From Meiothermus sp. (lineage in GTDB: Bacteria; Deinococcota; Deinococci; Deinococcales; Thermaceae): DNA of 64,000 nt. This document shows positions 18,321 to 27,941 of the stretch, one piece after another. The DNA is taken from contig JANRLD010000107.1 of assembly GCA_033762915.1 (NCBI GenBank), forward strand, positions 1 through 64,000, given 5' to 3'. Below the pieces are notes generated by a model. The model worked only from the letters and a program-made list of their open reading frames with translations. It ran no database searches and was not told the origin of the DNA. Position 1 is the first letter of the stretch. Each line of letters opens with the position of its first letter. Made by a program: the position numbers and the translations under genes.

Positions 18321-19807
18321 GGTCGCACCCCCTCGTGGCCGTTCAGCGCCAGGACTTGCTCGAGCACATTCAGGTACAGCCCTGCCGGAACCGTGCGGTC
18401 GTTGCCGTCGGGAAAGAGCAGACGCATCTGGCCGTCCTTGCGCCAGTCGAGGCCAAAGACCATATAGTACCCCCAGCGAAAACCCACCTCGCGCCGCGCC
18501 TCGTCGCGGGGCAGCTCGAGGTTGTTGCGGCAGAGGATGGTCTCGAGGCAGTCGGCGGCCCTGGCATCGAAGGGGGTAATGCGGTAGTTCTTGCTCTGGT
18601 AGGGGTCGGGCTGCCACTGGATGTCTATTGGCTCGACGGGCACTGATGGCATCATGGCCTCGACCTGCTGGGCGTACTCTTTGAACTCTCGAGCCTTCAG
18701 CAGGGCCGCCAATACCGCCAGAAATTCGATCTTGGAGACCTCCAACACCCAGCCCCCCTCGAGCCGTGGCCCGTGGCGGTGGGTGATGGTGACGGTATCC
18801 AAGCCGAACAAAAACCCGTGGCCCTGATGGGTTCTAAACCCAGGCGGGCTGGGCCAAGGCCGCAAGACCTGTTTGGCTACGTCCTCTAACCAAGGAAAGG
18901 CCAGCAAGGTTTCCAGAATGGTCACGGTTGATTTGGTGCGCGGGGCCAGGCGGTAGTTGGGTGTGTCGTGCACTCGAGGCCGAAACAGCACTGTTGGGTA
19001 AGGCGAATGGTCGCCCCGAATGCTGGGTAGACGGTGCAGGGTGAGGAGTTGCTCGAGCACGTCCAGATAGGCCGACTCGCTTACCACCTGTTGCGTGTTG
19101 CTGTTCCAGTGCAGGGTCAGGTTTTCATCGCCATATTCCAGAAACTTGCCGCCCGTTTCTTTGCTCGAGTCGAACTCGCCCAGCTTGTAGCTTTCGCGCT
19201 TCAGGGCCAGTTCTCTAGCCCGCTCCAGGCCCAGCTCGAGGATGAAAGTCAGACAGTGGTCGTACTCCCTCGAGTAGTCGGTGAACTGGTAGTTGCCACG
19301 GGCCAGGGGTGGGGCGAAGCGTACTGAGAATTTCTCGGCCGGCAACTGCTGCGCAGCAATCATGGCCTCGACCTTATCCGCGTCTTGGAGCCAGCCGTTC
19401 TCGCGCAAAACTGCCGCCAACACACCCATGTAGGTGGCCTCGGGCAGATGGAATTTGCGGGTCTTGGTGCGGTGTTCGCCTGTGCCTCGGCCCTGCACAT
19501 CTTTCTTCTCCACCCAGTTCCAGCGCCACCAGCGCACCATACCTACACGGTCGGGGCGGGTGGGGTAGTCGTCTAGCCCGAACCCGTAGTCGGTGTTACC
19601 GTAACCGACGCGGTGGTAGGCTGCGTCGGCCACGGTCTGGAAGCTGCCCATGCACAGGATAAGGCCCAGGGCGATACGGGCGTTCGGGCTGTCGGGCTCG
19701 AGGGTGTAGTTGCTGCTCGCAAACCGACTCGGCTCGAAGCTCAGCAGGGGCGCTTTGGGGGCGGGGGCAGCAAGGTCGGTCATACCACCTGGAGATTTAT
19801 CCTCCAT
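18317..19807 (-). CDS. Hypothetical protein with four tandem diverged domains
   Basis: Four F/W.P......NY...P starts and four (L/V).E..YL.VL..LL ends. Alternative start at 19783. Confidence 0.75.
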   Translation of the reverse strand: MEDKSPGGMTDLAAPAPKAPLLSFEPSRFASSNYTLEPDSPNARIALGLILCMGSFQTVADAAYHRVGYGNTDYGFGLDDYPTRPDRVGMVRWWRWNWVEKKDVQGRGTGEHRTKTRKFHLPEATYMGVLAAVLRENGWLQDADKVEAMIAAQQLPAEKFSVRFAPPLARGNYQFTDYSREYDHCLTFILELGLERARELALKRESYKLGEFDSSKETGGKFLEYGDENLTLHWNSNTQQVVSESAYLDVLEQLLTLHRLPSIRGDHSPYPTVLFRPRVHDTPNYRLAPRTKSTVTILETLLAFPWLEDVAKQVLRPWPSPPGFRTHQGHGFLFGLDTVTITHRHGPRLEGGWVLEVSKIEFLAVLAALLKAREFKEYAQQVEAMMPSVPVEPIDIQWQPDPYQSKNYRITPFDARAADCLETILCRNNLELPRDEARREVGFRWGYYMVFGLDWRKDGQMRLLFPDGNDRTVPAGLYLNVLEQVLALNGHEGVRP

Positions 19808-19912
19808 TGTCGCTGTCGTTTAGCTGTCGCTTGGGTCAAAGCCGCCCGGCCCCACCCGAGCTTTGTGCATGGCGTCCCGACCCCCAGGCTAGGGGGCCGC
19901 TACCATAGAGGG

Positions 19913-20314
19913 GTGCTGAAAGTCGCCCTGGTTGGAATGGTCGTCACCTGCGGTGCAGCACTGCTGATGCTGTGGCCAACCCCCCTGGACGTAAACCTCA
20001 ACCAACCCACCACCCAATATCAGGCCCACAGCGGCCCCCACCATGTGGCCTTCCGGCTGCTGCGCGAAACCGCAACCGGCGACAACGGCTTGGTGCAGAT
20101 TGAGGTGTCAATCAACGGTCGGGTAGTCCGCACGCTCCCCGCCGCATACAGCTATGACACGTTGATGCACCAGCCTGCAGGCCAGTTTCGTTGGCTCTGG
20201 CTGGACGGCGACCTTTGGCCTGATGTGCAACTCGAGCCGAACGGTCTTGGCGGGGCTAGTGCGTACTACATTGGCAGTCGCGACGGTGGGTTCTATGTCA
20301 GAGGCAGCAGGTGA
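19913..20314 (+). CDS. Secreted or membrane-anchored hypothetical protein
   Basis: TACCAT -10 followed by GTG (leaderless), N-terminal hydrophobic segment. Confidence 0.55.
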   Translation: MLKVALVGMVVTCGAALLMLWPTPLDVNLNQPTTQYQAHSGPHHVAFRLLRETATGDNGLVQIEVSINGRVVRTLPAAYSYDTLMHQPAGQFRWLWLDGDLWPDVQLEPNGLGGASAYYIGSRDGGFYVRGSR

Positions 20315-20338
20315 ACAACAGGATTCTCTAGGCCGAGC

Positions 20339-20713
20339 ATGACCCCGACTTTCGCGGTGCACCAGATTGTTCTCAACCCCGACCGTTTCGAGCTGGGCGG
20401 GGAGGCAGTGCAGGTGGAGGGGATCTTGATAGTCAAAGCCGACGAGGCTGCCCTGTACGACAGCCAGACCGAAGACCGGCTCTGGCTCGAGCCCGCAGGC
20501 ACCTGGTGCGATTGGCTGCCGCAGGAACTCATGGTGCTTCAGGGCGACGAAACCTACTTCGACCGGGCCATCGTGGTGGGGGAGGTGCATGTAAGGGGCG
20601 GCGAGGTGCGCTGGATCAGGGTTTGGCAGGTGCGGGTGCTGCGCGGGGGACACTGGCTCGAGAGCCAAGAACACCCCGAACTGCTGCCCTATCCCTACCC
20701 CAGCGGCGGATAA
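20339..20713 (+). CDS. Hypothetical protein, paralog 1
   Basis: Colinear with 20719-21075. Confidence 0.7.
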   Translation: MTPTFAVHQIVLNPDRFELGGEAVQVEGILIVKADEAALYDSQTEDRLWLEPAGTWCDWLPQELMVLQGDETYFDRAIVVGEVHVRGGEVRWIRVWQVRVLRGGHWLESQEHPELLPYPYPSGG

Positions 20714-20718
20714 ACCGT

Positions 20719-21075
20719 ATGGCAATGACTTTTGAAGTGAGCCACATTCTCAAGCACCCCGAGCCGTTCATGCGGGGTGCTGGTCGAACCTTTGCCAGAG
20801 GGCTGCTGGTGGTCACTGCCTCCGAGGCGTACCTGATCGACCTTCAAACCGAGCAAAAACTCCCCCTCGACCCCTACGGCGGCTGGCTCGAGTGGCTTCC
20901 TAAGGAGATTCCACCGCTCGAGGGCGAGTACATCTATTTCGATGAAGCCGAGGTTGCAGGTTTACTGCGGCGGGTGGGGGATGCGTTGGTGTGGAAGTAC
21001 GTTTGGAAGGTGTATGTGACTCGAGGGGGGAAGTTGTTCTCGAGTGATGACCACGAGATGCAGGTGGTGGAGTGA
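20719..21075 (+). CDS. Hypothetical protein, paralog 2
   Basis: W.EWLP.E...L.G...YFD.A...G shared with the previous gene. Confidence 0.7.
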   Translation: MAMTFEVSHILKHPEPFMRGAGRTFARGLLVVTASEAYLIDLQTEQKLPLDPYGGWLEWLPKEIPPLEGEYIYFDEAEVAGLLRRVGDALVWKYVWKVYVTRGGKLFSSDDHEMQVVE

Positions 21076-21102
21076 GTAGCAAGACGAACCCTCGAGTGCA
21101 CC

Positions 21103-21570
21103 TCAGCCCTGGTCGAACCGCTGGTTATATGAAGCTTGACCAGCGGCCTCGAGCATCACCTCAGCCAGTTTGCCATAGACGGCTGTCCATGCTTCGCGTA
21201 CCGACTCGGTAAAGTGATAGCCCAAGCCCTGCTCGAGGGCATACCACAAAGCCGCCCCCACGGTGGCGTAGTGTTCGTCTTTTTCGCCGTACTCGAAGTG
21301 GCGCAACCCCATCCGCTGCACCCCCGGAATCAGCACCTCGAAGCGCTCGGGGTCGCCCTCGAGACTAAAGCCCTCGAGCAGTGCACCCGATAAAGCGCCA
21401 AGGCTTCCGTCAGTTTGCCTACCTCGAGCTTGGCCTCAAACTCAGCCACGTCGGTTTGGGTGAGCGGGTTGAGCCAGACTGTATCCGTATCGGACTCGAG
21501 CCAGTCGCCAAAAGCCGGACGCAGTTCCCTCGAGAGCACCTGACGCAGGTTGCGCCGGGCGGTCTCCTCA
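21103..21570 (-). pseudogene. Fused remnant: SARP/BTAD N-terminal fragment joined to globin C-terminal half
   Basis: EETARRNLRQVLSRELRPAFG matches the 31956-35396 N-terminus and GDPERFE..IP.VQRMG.RH.EYG matches the 31549-31959 globin. There is a 1-nt frameshift, and the junction is at CTCGAG 21358-21363. Confidence 0.85.
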
Positions 21571-21777
21571 GTGACGGAGTTATGGAGCCGCTTAAGGCGC
21601 AATTCCCCACGGGTGTTAGTGGGCGTTTTACAGCATTTTCACTCTGTTGACATTCGGCGGTCGCCTGAACGGGTTTCGATCTCTGGTTATGGCGTTTTCC
21701 TTTTGATTTGGCCCTTGAAGGATATAGAGGGTGCTGTGGGTAGGCGCTATGATGGGGTTCTCATAGGAGGGTTCACC

Positions 21778-23445
21778 ATGCCCGGATACTACGACCTGGG
21801 TACGCATACCCGTTCGATCAGTACCCAATCTGAGGAAGCCCAGCGGTGGTTTGACCGGGGACTGATTTGGTGCTACGGCTACAACCACGAGGAATCGGTT
21901 CGTTGTTTTCAAAAAGCCGCCGAACTTGACCCCGGTTGTGCTATGGCCTATTGGGGCATTGCTTATGCCAGCGGTTGCAATTACAACAAGGCCTGGGGTG
22001 CCTTCCGCGAGGACGAACTCGAGCTGGCCTTCCCGGCCATTGATGCTGCCATCCACAAAGCGGTGGCTCTTTCAAAAACCGCCTCACCCGTAGAACGGGC
22101 CTTGATTGAAGCCCTCACCCACCGCTATCCCGCCAATCGGGACGACCCCTACGCCTTTAGCGCTTGGAACGATGCCTATGCTGCGGCTATGCGCAAAGTG
22201 TATGGGCTGTTTCCCAACGACCTAGACGTGAGTACATTGTTTGCCGAGGCGCTGATCAACCGCACACCCTGGCAACTATGGAACCTCAAAAACGGTCAGC
22301 CCGCCGTGGGTGCAGACACCCTCGAGGCCGTAGACGTGCTGGAAACAGCCTTGCAACAGGTGGAAAAGGATGGCCTCGAGCCTCACCCAGGTTTGTTGCA
22401 TATGTATATCCATACTATGGAAATGTCGCCTTATCCAGAACGCGCCTTGCCTGCCAGCGATGCCCTGCGCGACTTGGTGCCCGAGGCTGGACACCTGCGC
22501 CATATGCCCTCGCATATTGATGTATTGTGTGGTCGCTACCGTGAGGCGGTGATTGCCAATAGCAAGGCCATCGAAGCCGATACCAAGTACCTTCAGCGCG
22601 AAGGGCCGCTCAACTTTTATACCCTCTATCGCTGTCACGACTATCATTTCAAGCTCTATGCGGCGATGTTTTTGGGTCAGTCTCAGGCCGCGCTGGAAGC
22701 CGCCAGCCAGATGGTTGCCACCATCCCTGAAGAACTGCTGCGGGTAGAGTTGCCCCCGATGGCTGACTGGCTCGAGGGCTTTATCTCCATGCGGTTGCAC
22801 GTGTATATCCGCTTTGGCATGTGGGAAGAAATTTTGGCCGAACCTTTGCCTCAAGATAGCGATTTGTATTGTGTGACTACCGCTATGTTGCACTATGCCA
22901 GAGGCATCGCGTTGGCGGTGAAAGGTCAAATTGAAGCCGCAGAAGCAGAACAGCTAAAGTTTGCCCAAGCTGTGAGCAAAATACCCGAAACGCGGTACGT
23001 GTTTAACAATAAGTGTACCGATATTCTTGCCGTCGCCGCCCAAATGCTCGAGGGTGAGATCGAATACCGCAAGGGCAACTTTGAACAAGCCTTTGCCCAT
23101 CTACACAGGTCAGTTGAGCTCGATGATAATCTCCCCTACGACGAACCCTGGGGTTGGATGCAACCCGCCCGTCATGCCCTGGGAGCGCTGCTGTTGGAGC
23201 AAGGCCGGGTGGCCGAAGCCGAGCAGATTTACCGCGACGATTTGGGCCTGAACACTACCTTGAGCCGGGCTTCGCAGCATCCCGAGAATGTTTGGAGTTT
23301 GCAGGGCTACGTCGAATGTTTGCACAAGCTACATAAACACCACGAAGCCATGCAGATGGAAAAACGTCTCGAGCAGGCCAAAGCTTGGGCCGATGTCCCA
23401 ATCCAGGCTTCGTGTTTTTGCCGCCTCGAGGTCTCTCAGTCCTGA
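21778..23445 (+). CDS. TPR-repeat protein
   Basis: AGGAGG RBS, AQRWFDRGL..YGYNHEE, HPGLLHMYIH..E, GHLRHMPSHI, YDEPWGW. Confidence 0.88.
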   Translation: MPGYYDLGTHTRSISTQSEEAQRWFDRGLIWCYGYNHEESVRCFQKAAELDPGCAMAYWGIAYASGCNYNKAWGAFREDELELAFPAIDAAIHKAVALSKTASPVERALIEALTHRYPANRDDPYAFSAWNDAYAAAMRKVYGLFPNDLDVSTLFAEALINRTPWQLWNLKNGQPAVGADTLEAVDVLETALQQVEKDGLEPHPGLLHMYIHTMEMSPYPERALPASDALRDLVPEAGHLRHMPSHIDVLCGRYREAVIANSKAIEADTKYLQREGPLNFYTLYRCHDYHFKLYAAMFLGQSQAALEAASQMVATIPEELLRVELPPMADWLEGFISMRLHVYIRFGMWEEILAEPLPQDSDLYCVTTAMLHYARGIALAVKGQIEAAEAEQLKFAQAVSKIPETRYVFNNKCTDILAVAAQMLEGEIEYRKGNFEQAFAHLHRSVELDDNLPYDEPWGWMQPARHALGALLLEQGRVAEAEQIYRDDLGLNTTLSRASQHPENVWSLQGYVECLHKLHKHHEAMQMEKRLEQAKAWADVPIQASCFCRLEVSQS

Positions 23446-23527
23446 TCGGGTCACTCACCCAGATCGTTGTCATGGGCTAGGGGATAGTCTCAGGACAGAT
23501 TTCGCAAATCTAAGGTGTGTCTCACCC

Positions 23528-24442
23528 CTAGTTGTTCACCCGCTGGCCCTGCTTGTAGCTGTACTTAGCGTCCCTCGAGTCCGCCTGATCGGTAATCGGT
23601 TGCAACATGGCGAAGCTGGCTGCATCAGCCCCGCGAACTTCTTTCCCCTCGTAAAACACCCTAGTCTGGGTTTTGGCATAGCCCAGCGATAGCACCTCGA
23701 GCCACCCCCCATCCGAAACAGACAGTGGTTTACCCTTGTAATAGGCCCGCTGTGCGTCCTTTGCGTAGCTGCTTTCGAGGGTCTTGAACGAATCCAGCAA
23801 AGCCCCCTCGAGCCGCCATGACCGCGCCACAATGGGCGACTGACTTAGGTCTTTGTCGGCAAAGTAGACATGGGCGCGGTCGCGGGCGTAATGGTCATCC
23901 AGCGGTGTGAAGCTGGGGCCGTCGCTGCCGGGGATGGGGATGTCGTCGTAGTAGCCAGTGAAGCGGTCTCGAGCAAACAGCCCGTAGTCCAGCAACTCAA
24001 AGCTGGCCACGTCCCGCACCGCGAAGGGCGTGCCTTCGTAAAAGACTTTCTGCTTGTCCTTGGCGTAGCCGCGCCGGAGTAACTGAAAGTTGGTGGGGTC
24101 GGCCTCGAGTACCTTCACCACGCGGCGCTGGGTGGTGAAGTAGTCCTCGCTCTCGCGGCGGGCAAAGCAGTAGTAGACCTGCTGACGGTCTTTGGCATAG
24201 TGACCATCCAGCACCACGAAGCTGCCACCGTCGCTGCCCGAAATGGGCAAGCCCCTAAAGTAGCCGAACCGCTGGCTCCGGGCGAACTCGCCACTCAGGG
24301 GAGTCAGGCGCTCGCCGGGCTGGAGCTGCAGTGGCTGGTCGCGGTAGTACCAAGTGCCGCCGCGCTGCTGGTAGGGTTCCTTGGAGCCGCAGCCTGTGAG
24401 GAGCGAGATCAGCCCCAACATCACCGCGCCCAGACCTTTCAT
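23528..24442 (-). CDS. DKNYY-domain lipoprotein
   Basis: Lipobox LTGC, repeated YAKD...VYY/FY units. Paralog of 35525-36451. Confidence 0.85.
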   Translation of the reverse strand: MKGLGAVMLGLISLLTGCGSKEPYQQRGGTWYYRDQPLQLQPGERLTPLSGEFARSQRFGYFRGLPISGSDGGSFVVLDGHYAKDRQQVYYCFARRESEDYFTTQRRVVKVLEADPTNFQLLRRGYAKDKQKVFYEGTPFAVRDVASFELLDYGLFARDRFTGYYDDIPIPGSDGPSFTPLDDHYARDRAHVYFADKDLSQSPIVARSWRLEGALLDSFKTLESSYAKDAQRAYYKGKPLSVSDGGWLEVLSLGYAKTQTRVFYEGKEVRGADAASFAMLQPITDQADSRDAKYSYKQGQRVNN

Positions 24443-24523
24443 CGCTCGTCCCATTGCCCAGCCTCCCTGTGTTTGGGCGCGTCAGGCAATTTTAGCCCGA
24501 CGCGCCTCCAAAGCTCCCTATGC

Positions 24524-27442
24524 TTACGGCTTGAAGAAGGCGATGAAGCCTTGGTTGTTGGAGCTGCCCACCACCGCGATGGTTCCGTTGGGCGCGATGG
24601 CCATTCCAGTAACCACTTCGTCGCCCCCGAGGTCGCGGATGACCTTACCCCCGAGGCCAAAACCCTGGCTGAGGCTGCCATCATTGTTGTACTTGACGAT
24701 GGCGATGTCGCGCTGACCGTTGGGGTTGGTGGTGTGTCCGGCCACGATAACTGCACCGTTGGAGGCCGATTCAACAGCGGCAGCGACATCCTTACCGCTT
24801 CCGATGGAGGTGGTCACCATACCATCACCGCCGAAGCTGTTGTCCAAAACCCCGAAGGAGTTGAGGCGGGCAACCGCGAAGTTGGGTTTGCCGCTGGCGC
24901 TCTTGGCATAGCCCGCAGTCACCAGCGTTTGTGCGTTGGGAAGGCAGAGCAGGTCATACACCGCACTGCCGCCTTGGTCGGGGTCGAAGGCCGCGATGCC
25001 GTCGCCACTGAACCCGCCAAAGAGGCCGGTGTTGCGGTAGGCCAGCACGACCGAGCGCTCTTTCCCGGCGGCGGTAGCGTTGCCGCCTACATATTGGGTT
25101 TCGCCCAGCGTACAGGTGGTCGCGGCTGCCGAGGCGGTGGTGTTGGGGATCACCGTGTTGAGCTGGGTGGTGGTCTGGTAGCTCGAGTCCATCGTGCCGC
25201 TCGAGCTGATCATCCCCAGGCCAATTCGCACCGAAGGGGTGTTGATGTAGCCTGCGGCGAACAGGTTGGCGGTGCCAGCAGCGATGCCGTTGAAGCAGCT
25301 AATGGTGTTGTTGGCGTAGAGGGTGTAGAAGCGGGTTCCATCGGGGCCGAAGTTGTTGTCGGGAGCGCCAGTGGAAACCAATCGCTTGTTCACAAAGGCT
25401 TGGCGGGTGGAGAAGTTAGCGTTGATGTCACGGCGGCGGGCGCAGCCGCTGACATACATACCGTCGCCTGCCACGGTTAGGCCGGTGACAGTGACCTCGT
25501 ACTCGACCCCCATGCGCTCGCCCAGCACCTGGTTTTGGTAGTAAATTTCCCAACCGTAGTTGCTCATCCCGAAGCTGATGTCGTCGTCGCCGTTGGGCAG
25601 GATACGCAGCACGCTGCCGTTGTATGAGGTATTGCCGTTGTATTTGGTGGAACTCATCGCCGCGACCGCGAACTTGCCGTCGGGCAGTGCCACCACGTCG
25701 GTAAAACGGGTTGACAGGGTGGGGATGGCTTCCTTGCTCAGGAGGAACTTGTGGGCGCTGACAAAGGTGCCGTGGATGCCGCTGATGGTGAGGGTGAAGT
25801 TGTCCACCTGCACCTGCTCGCCCGCTGCCTGGGCGAACACCGCGAACTGGGCGGGGGTCTCGGCCAGCGCGTTGTGCGAGGCCTTGAGGGTCAGGATGGC
25901 GTTGGTCTCATTGCCGCTGAGGGTGCTGGGATTGAAGTTGGCGGTCACGCCAGGCGGGATGATGCCCGCGAACAGCTTGACGTCTTTGCTGTAGCCGCCG
26001 ATGCGGTTGATTTTGACGGGCACGTCAAAGCTCTTGCCCTGCTCTACGCTCAGGTAGCCCGCTATCACGCTCAGGGTGTAGGAGCCGCTCGAGACGGGCG
26101 CAGTGACGTTCACTTGCAGGCTGGCGGTGGCGCTCACCGCGCCGATGCTGGTCTGAACAGTGAGGTTCTTGGTACCCAGGCCCACACCGGGGGCTACCGT
26201 TAGGGTGAGGCTCGCGCCGGACTGGTTGGCGGGGAGGGTGTTGGGCGCGAGGGTGATCCCGGCGGGCGGGTTGATCAGCCCCACCGCGACCTGGCCGCTG
26301 ATGTTGGTGCGCTTGACGGTCAGGAAGACCGAGGCGCTCTTGCCCTGAGGGACGCTGAGGCTGAAGGGCTGGAGGGTGAGCTGCTCGAGCTTGGGCGCAC
26401 CCGGCACGCTCACGCTGAGGTTTTGCAGCCCGGAGGTCACCACACTGCCATCGTTGAGGGTGGCCTTGGCGATCAAGCTGATGCTTTGGGTGTTGCCTGC
26501 CGCCACCCCAGTGCTTTGCTCGGTGGCGTTCCAGCTCATCCCGTAAGGGGCAGTGGTGTCCTCGCCAATCAGGGTCGCGCCCCGGAAGAACTCCACCTTG
26601 CTCACGGTCTTGCTGCCCAGGTTGCTAAAGCTGCTGCTGAGTTGGACGGTTTCGGGGGTGGTGATTTGGGCTTTGTCCAGCGAGAAGGCCAGTTCGGTTG
26701 CACCCGCTACCGGAGCCGCCGCGATGGTCAGGGCCAGCGGGACGGTGGCGATCTTGCTGTCTGACTCACCGCGCACCACGACCTCGAGCGGCCCGCCCAC
26801 CACAGCACCACTAGCGCTCAGATTGAGGGTGGCCTCGCTGTCAGCCCCTTTGAGGGTCAGGGCTTGGGCGGAGACCCCAGCAGGCGGGTTGACCAAGCTG
26901 ATAACAATGTCGCCACTAAAACCGTTGAGGTTGCTGCGCTTGACCTTTACGCCCGCACTCTGCCCGTTTTGCAGGACGATGCCGGAAGGCTCGAGGGTCA
27001 GCACAAAGGCCGCGCTCGAGGCGGTGGCTTGTACGTTTAGGCTGTTGCTGGTCAGGCTGCTGCCATCGTTTAGGGTGGCTTTGGCACTCAGGCTGAGGGT
27101 AGCCGAGGCCCCCTCGGCCACGCCTGCGCTCTCGGCGGTGGCGTTCCACACAAACGAGGCCCCTTGGCTCTCGCCGATTTTTTGGTCGCCGCGAAAGTAT
27201 TCGATTTTGTCCACAGCCTTGTCGCCGATGTTCTCGAGGGCCACCGCCAACTCGAGCACATCGGGCAAGGTTAGCTCGCTCTTGTTGCTGGACAGGCTAA
27301 AAGCCGCCACTCCGGGCTGGGCTTGCGGGGCTTGGGGTGCGCCGCCGCAGGACGCGAGGACGAAAGCGAAGAGTGCGCTGAGGAGGTATGGGGTGAGCGG
27401 AGTCAGTTTCATAAGACGGTTCCTGGAAGTGGGGGCGTTCAT
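24524..27442 (-). CDS. Lipoprotein with Ig-like domains and C-terminal delta-60 repeat propeller
   Basis: Lipobox LASC, KVEFFRG..IGED..APY Ig modules, G.LD.SFG.DG repeats. Confidence 0.88.
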   Translation of the reverse strand: MNAPTSRNRLMKLTPLTPYLLSALFAFVLASCGGAPQAPQAQPGVAAFSLSSNKSELTLPDVLELAVALENIGDKAVDKIEYFRGDQKIGESQGASFVWNATAESAGVAEGASATLSLSAKATLNDGSSLTSNSLNVQATASSAAFVLTLEPSGIVLQNGQSAGVKVKRSNLNGFSGDIVISLVNPPAGVSAQALTLKGADSEATLNLSASGAVVGGPLEVVVRGESDSKIATVPLALTIAAAPVAGATELAFSLDKAQITTPETVQLSSSFSNLGSKTVSKVEFFRGATLIGEDTTAPYGMSWNATEQSTGVAAGNTQSISLIAKATLNDGSVVTSGLQNLSVSVPGAPKLEQLTLQPFSLSVPQGKSASVFLTVKRTNISGQVAVGLINPPAGITLAPNTLPANQSGASLTLTVAPGVGLGTKNLTVQTSIGAVSATASLQVNVTAPVSSGSYTLSVIAGYLSVEQGKSFDVPVKINRIGGYSKDVKLFAGIIPPGVTANFNPSTLSGNETNAILTLKASHNALAETPAQFAVFAQAAGEQVQVDNFTLTISGIHGTFVSAHKFLLSKEAIPTLSTRFTDVVALPDGKFAVAAMSSTKYNGNTSYNGSVLRILPNGDDDISFGMSNYGWEIYYQNQVLGERMGVEYEVTVTGLTVAGDGMYVSGCARRRDINANFSTRQAFVNKRLVSTGAPDNNFGPDGTRFYTLYANNTISCFNGIAAGTANLFAAGYINTPSVRIGLGMISSSGTMDSSYQTTTQLNTVIPNTTASAAATTCTLGETQYVGGNATAAGKERSVVLAYRNTGLFGGFSGDGIAAFDPDQGGSAVYDLLCLPNAQTLVTAGYAKSASGKPNFAVARLNSFGVLDNSFGGDGMVTTSIGSGKDVAAAVESASNGAVIVAGHTTNPNGQRDIAIVKYNNDGSLSQGFGLGGKVIRDLGGDEVVTGMAIAPNGTIAVVGSSNNQGFIAFFKP

Positions 27443-27449
27443 AGGATGT

Positions 27450-27482
27450 AGTTTGAAAATTGGGGCGTGGCCTGAGCGTGGC
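27450..27482 (-). promoter_or_regulatory. Putative SARP-activated promoter (GCCACGC-N4-GCCACGC-N9-CAAACT-N7-ATG)
   Basis: One of four copies with identical geometry. Confidence 0.7.
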
Positions 27483-27551
27483 TTGGAGGAAAACGGCTCG
27501 AGCCACGCTGTTATTGGGCACGAAGGTCGTCCAATCAGAACACCAAAACAG

Positions 27552-27815
27552 TGTCATTCTGAGCGGAACGTCATCGTTGCTGCGTCGGCCTCGTTGTTCG
27601 GTTGGGCAGTGGAGCGAAGAATCTCCCACGGCGTTCGCTACGGAATTTCCCGCTGGTACAGTCTGGTCAATCGGCACGAGGAAACCACTGTCACTACCAG
27701 CCGAAAGTGGGCGAGCTTGATACAGTGTGAGATTCTTAGCTACGCTTTCCTACCGAGTTTCGGGGTGGTTGCAGTGATGGTGACGCTGCGCCAGCGCTCT
27801 CGCCAAAGAATGACA
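27552..27815 (+). repeat. Large imperfect inverted repeat, REP/MITE-like or structured RNA
   Basis: TGTCATTCT...AGAATGACA termini, 56-nt gapless arms at 27569-27624 and 27730-27785. Confidence 0.75.
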
Positions 27816-27941
27816 ACGGTTTTTTGGAGTGAGTTGGCGACCAGTTCTTACTGTTAAAAGGGGGTTGGTCGGGCGAAAGGGGGAAATGAAAAACCTCGAG
27901 ACGGAGCTAGACTCGTGGGCAGTTTGAACTTTGGTTATCGG

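Noticed and set aside
1726..19807. Integron cassette array
   Set aside because: Genes overlap with no room for attC sites, and no integrase or repeated RYYYAAC/GTTRRRY palindromes were seen.
24524..25700. Diversity-generating retroelement target in the Asn/Tyr-rich propeller
   Set aside because: No reverse transcriptase and no template/variable repeat pair in the window.
24200..27857. Long plus-strand ORFs (24200-25480, 26553-27857)
   Set aside because: Antisense shadows of the GC-rich lipoprotein gene with no recognisable motifs.
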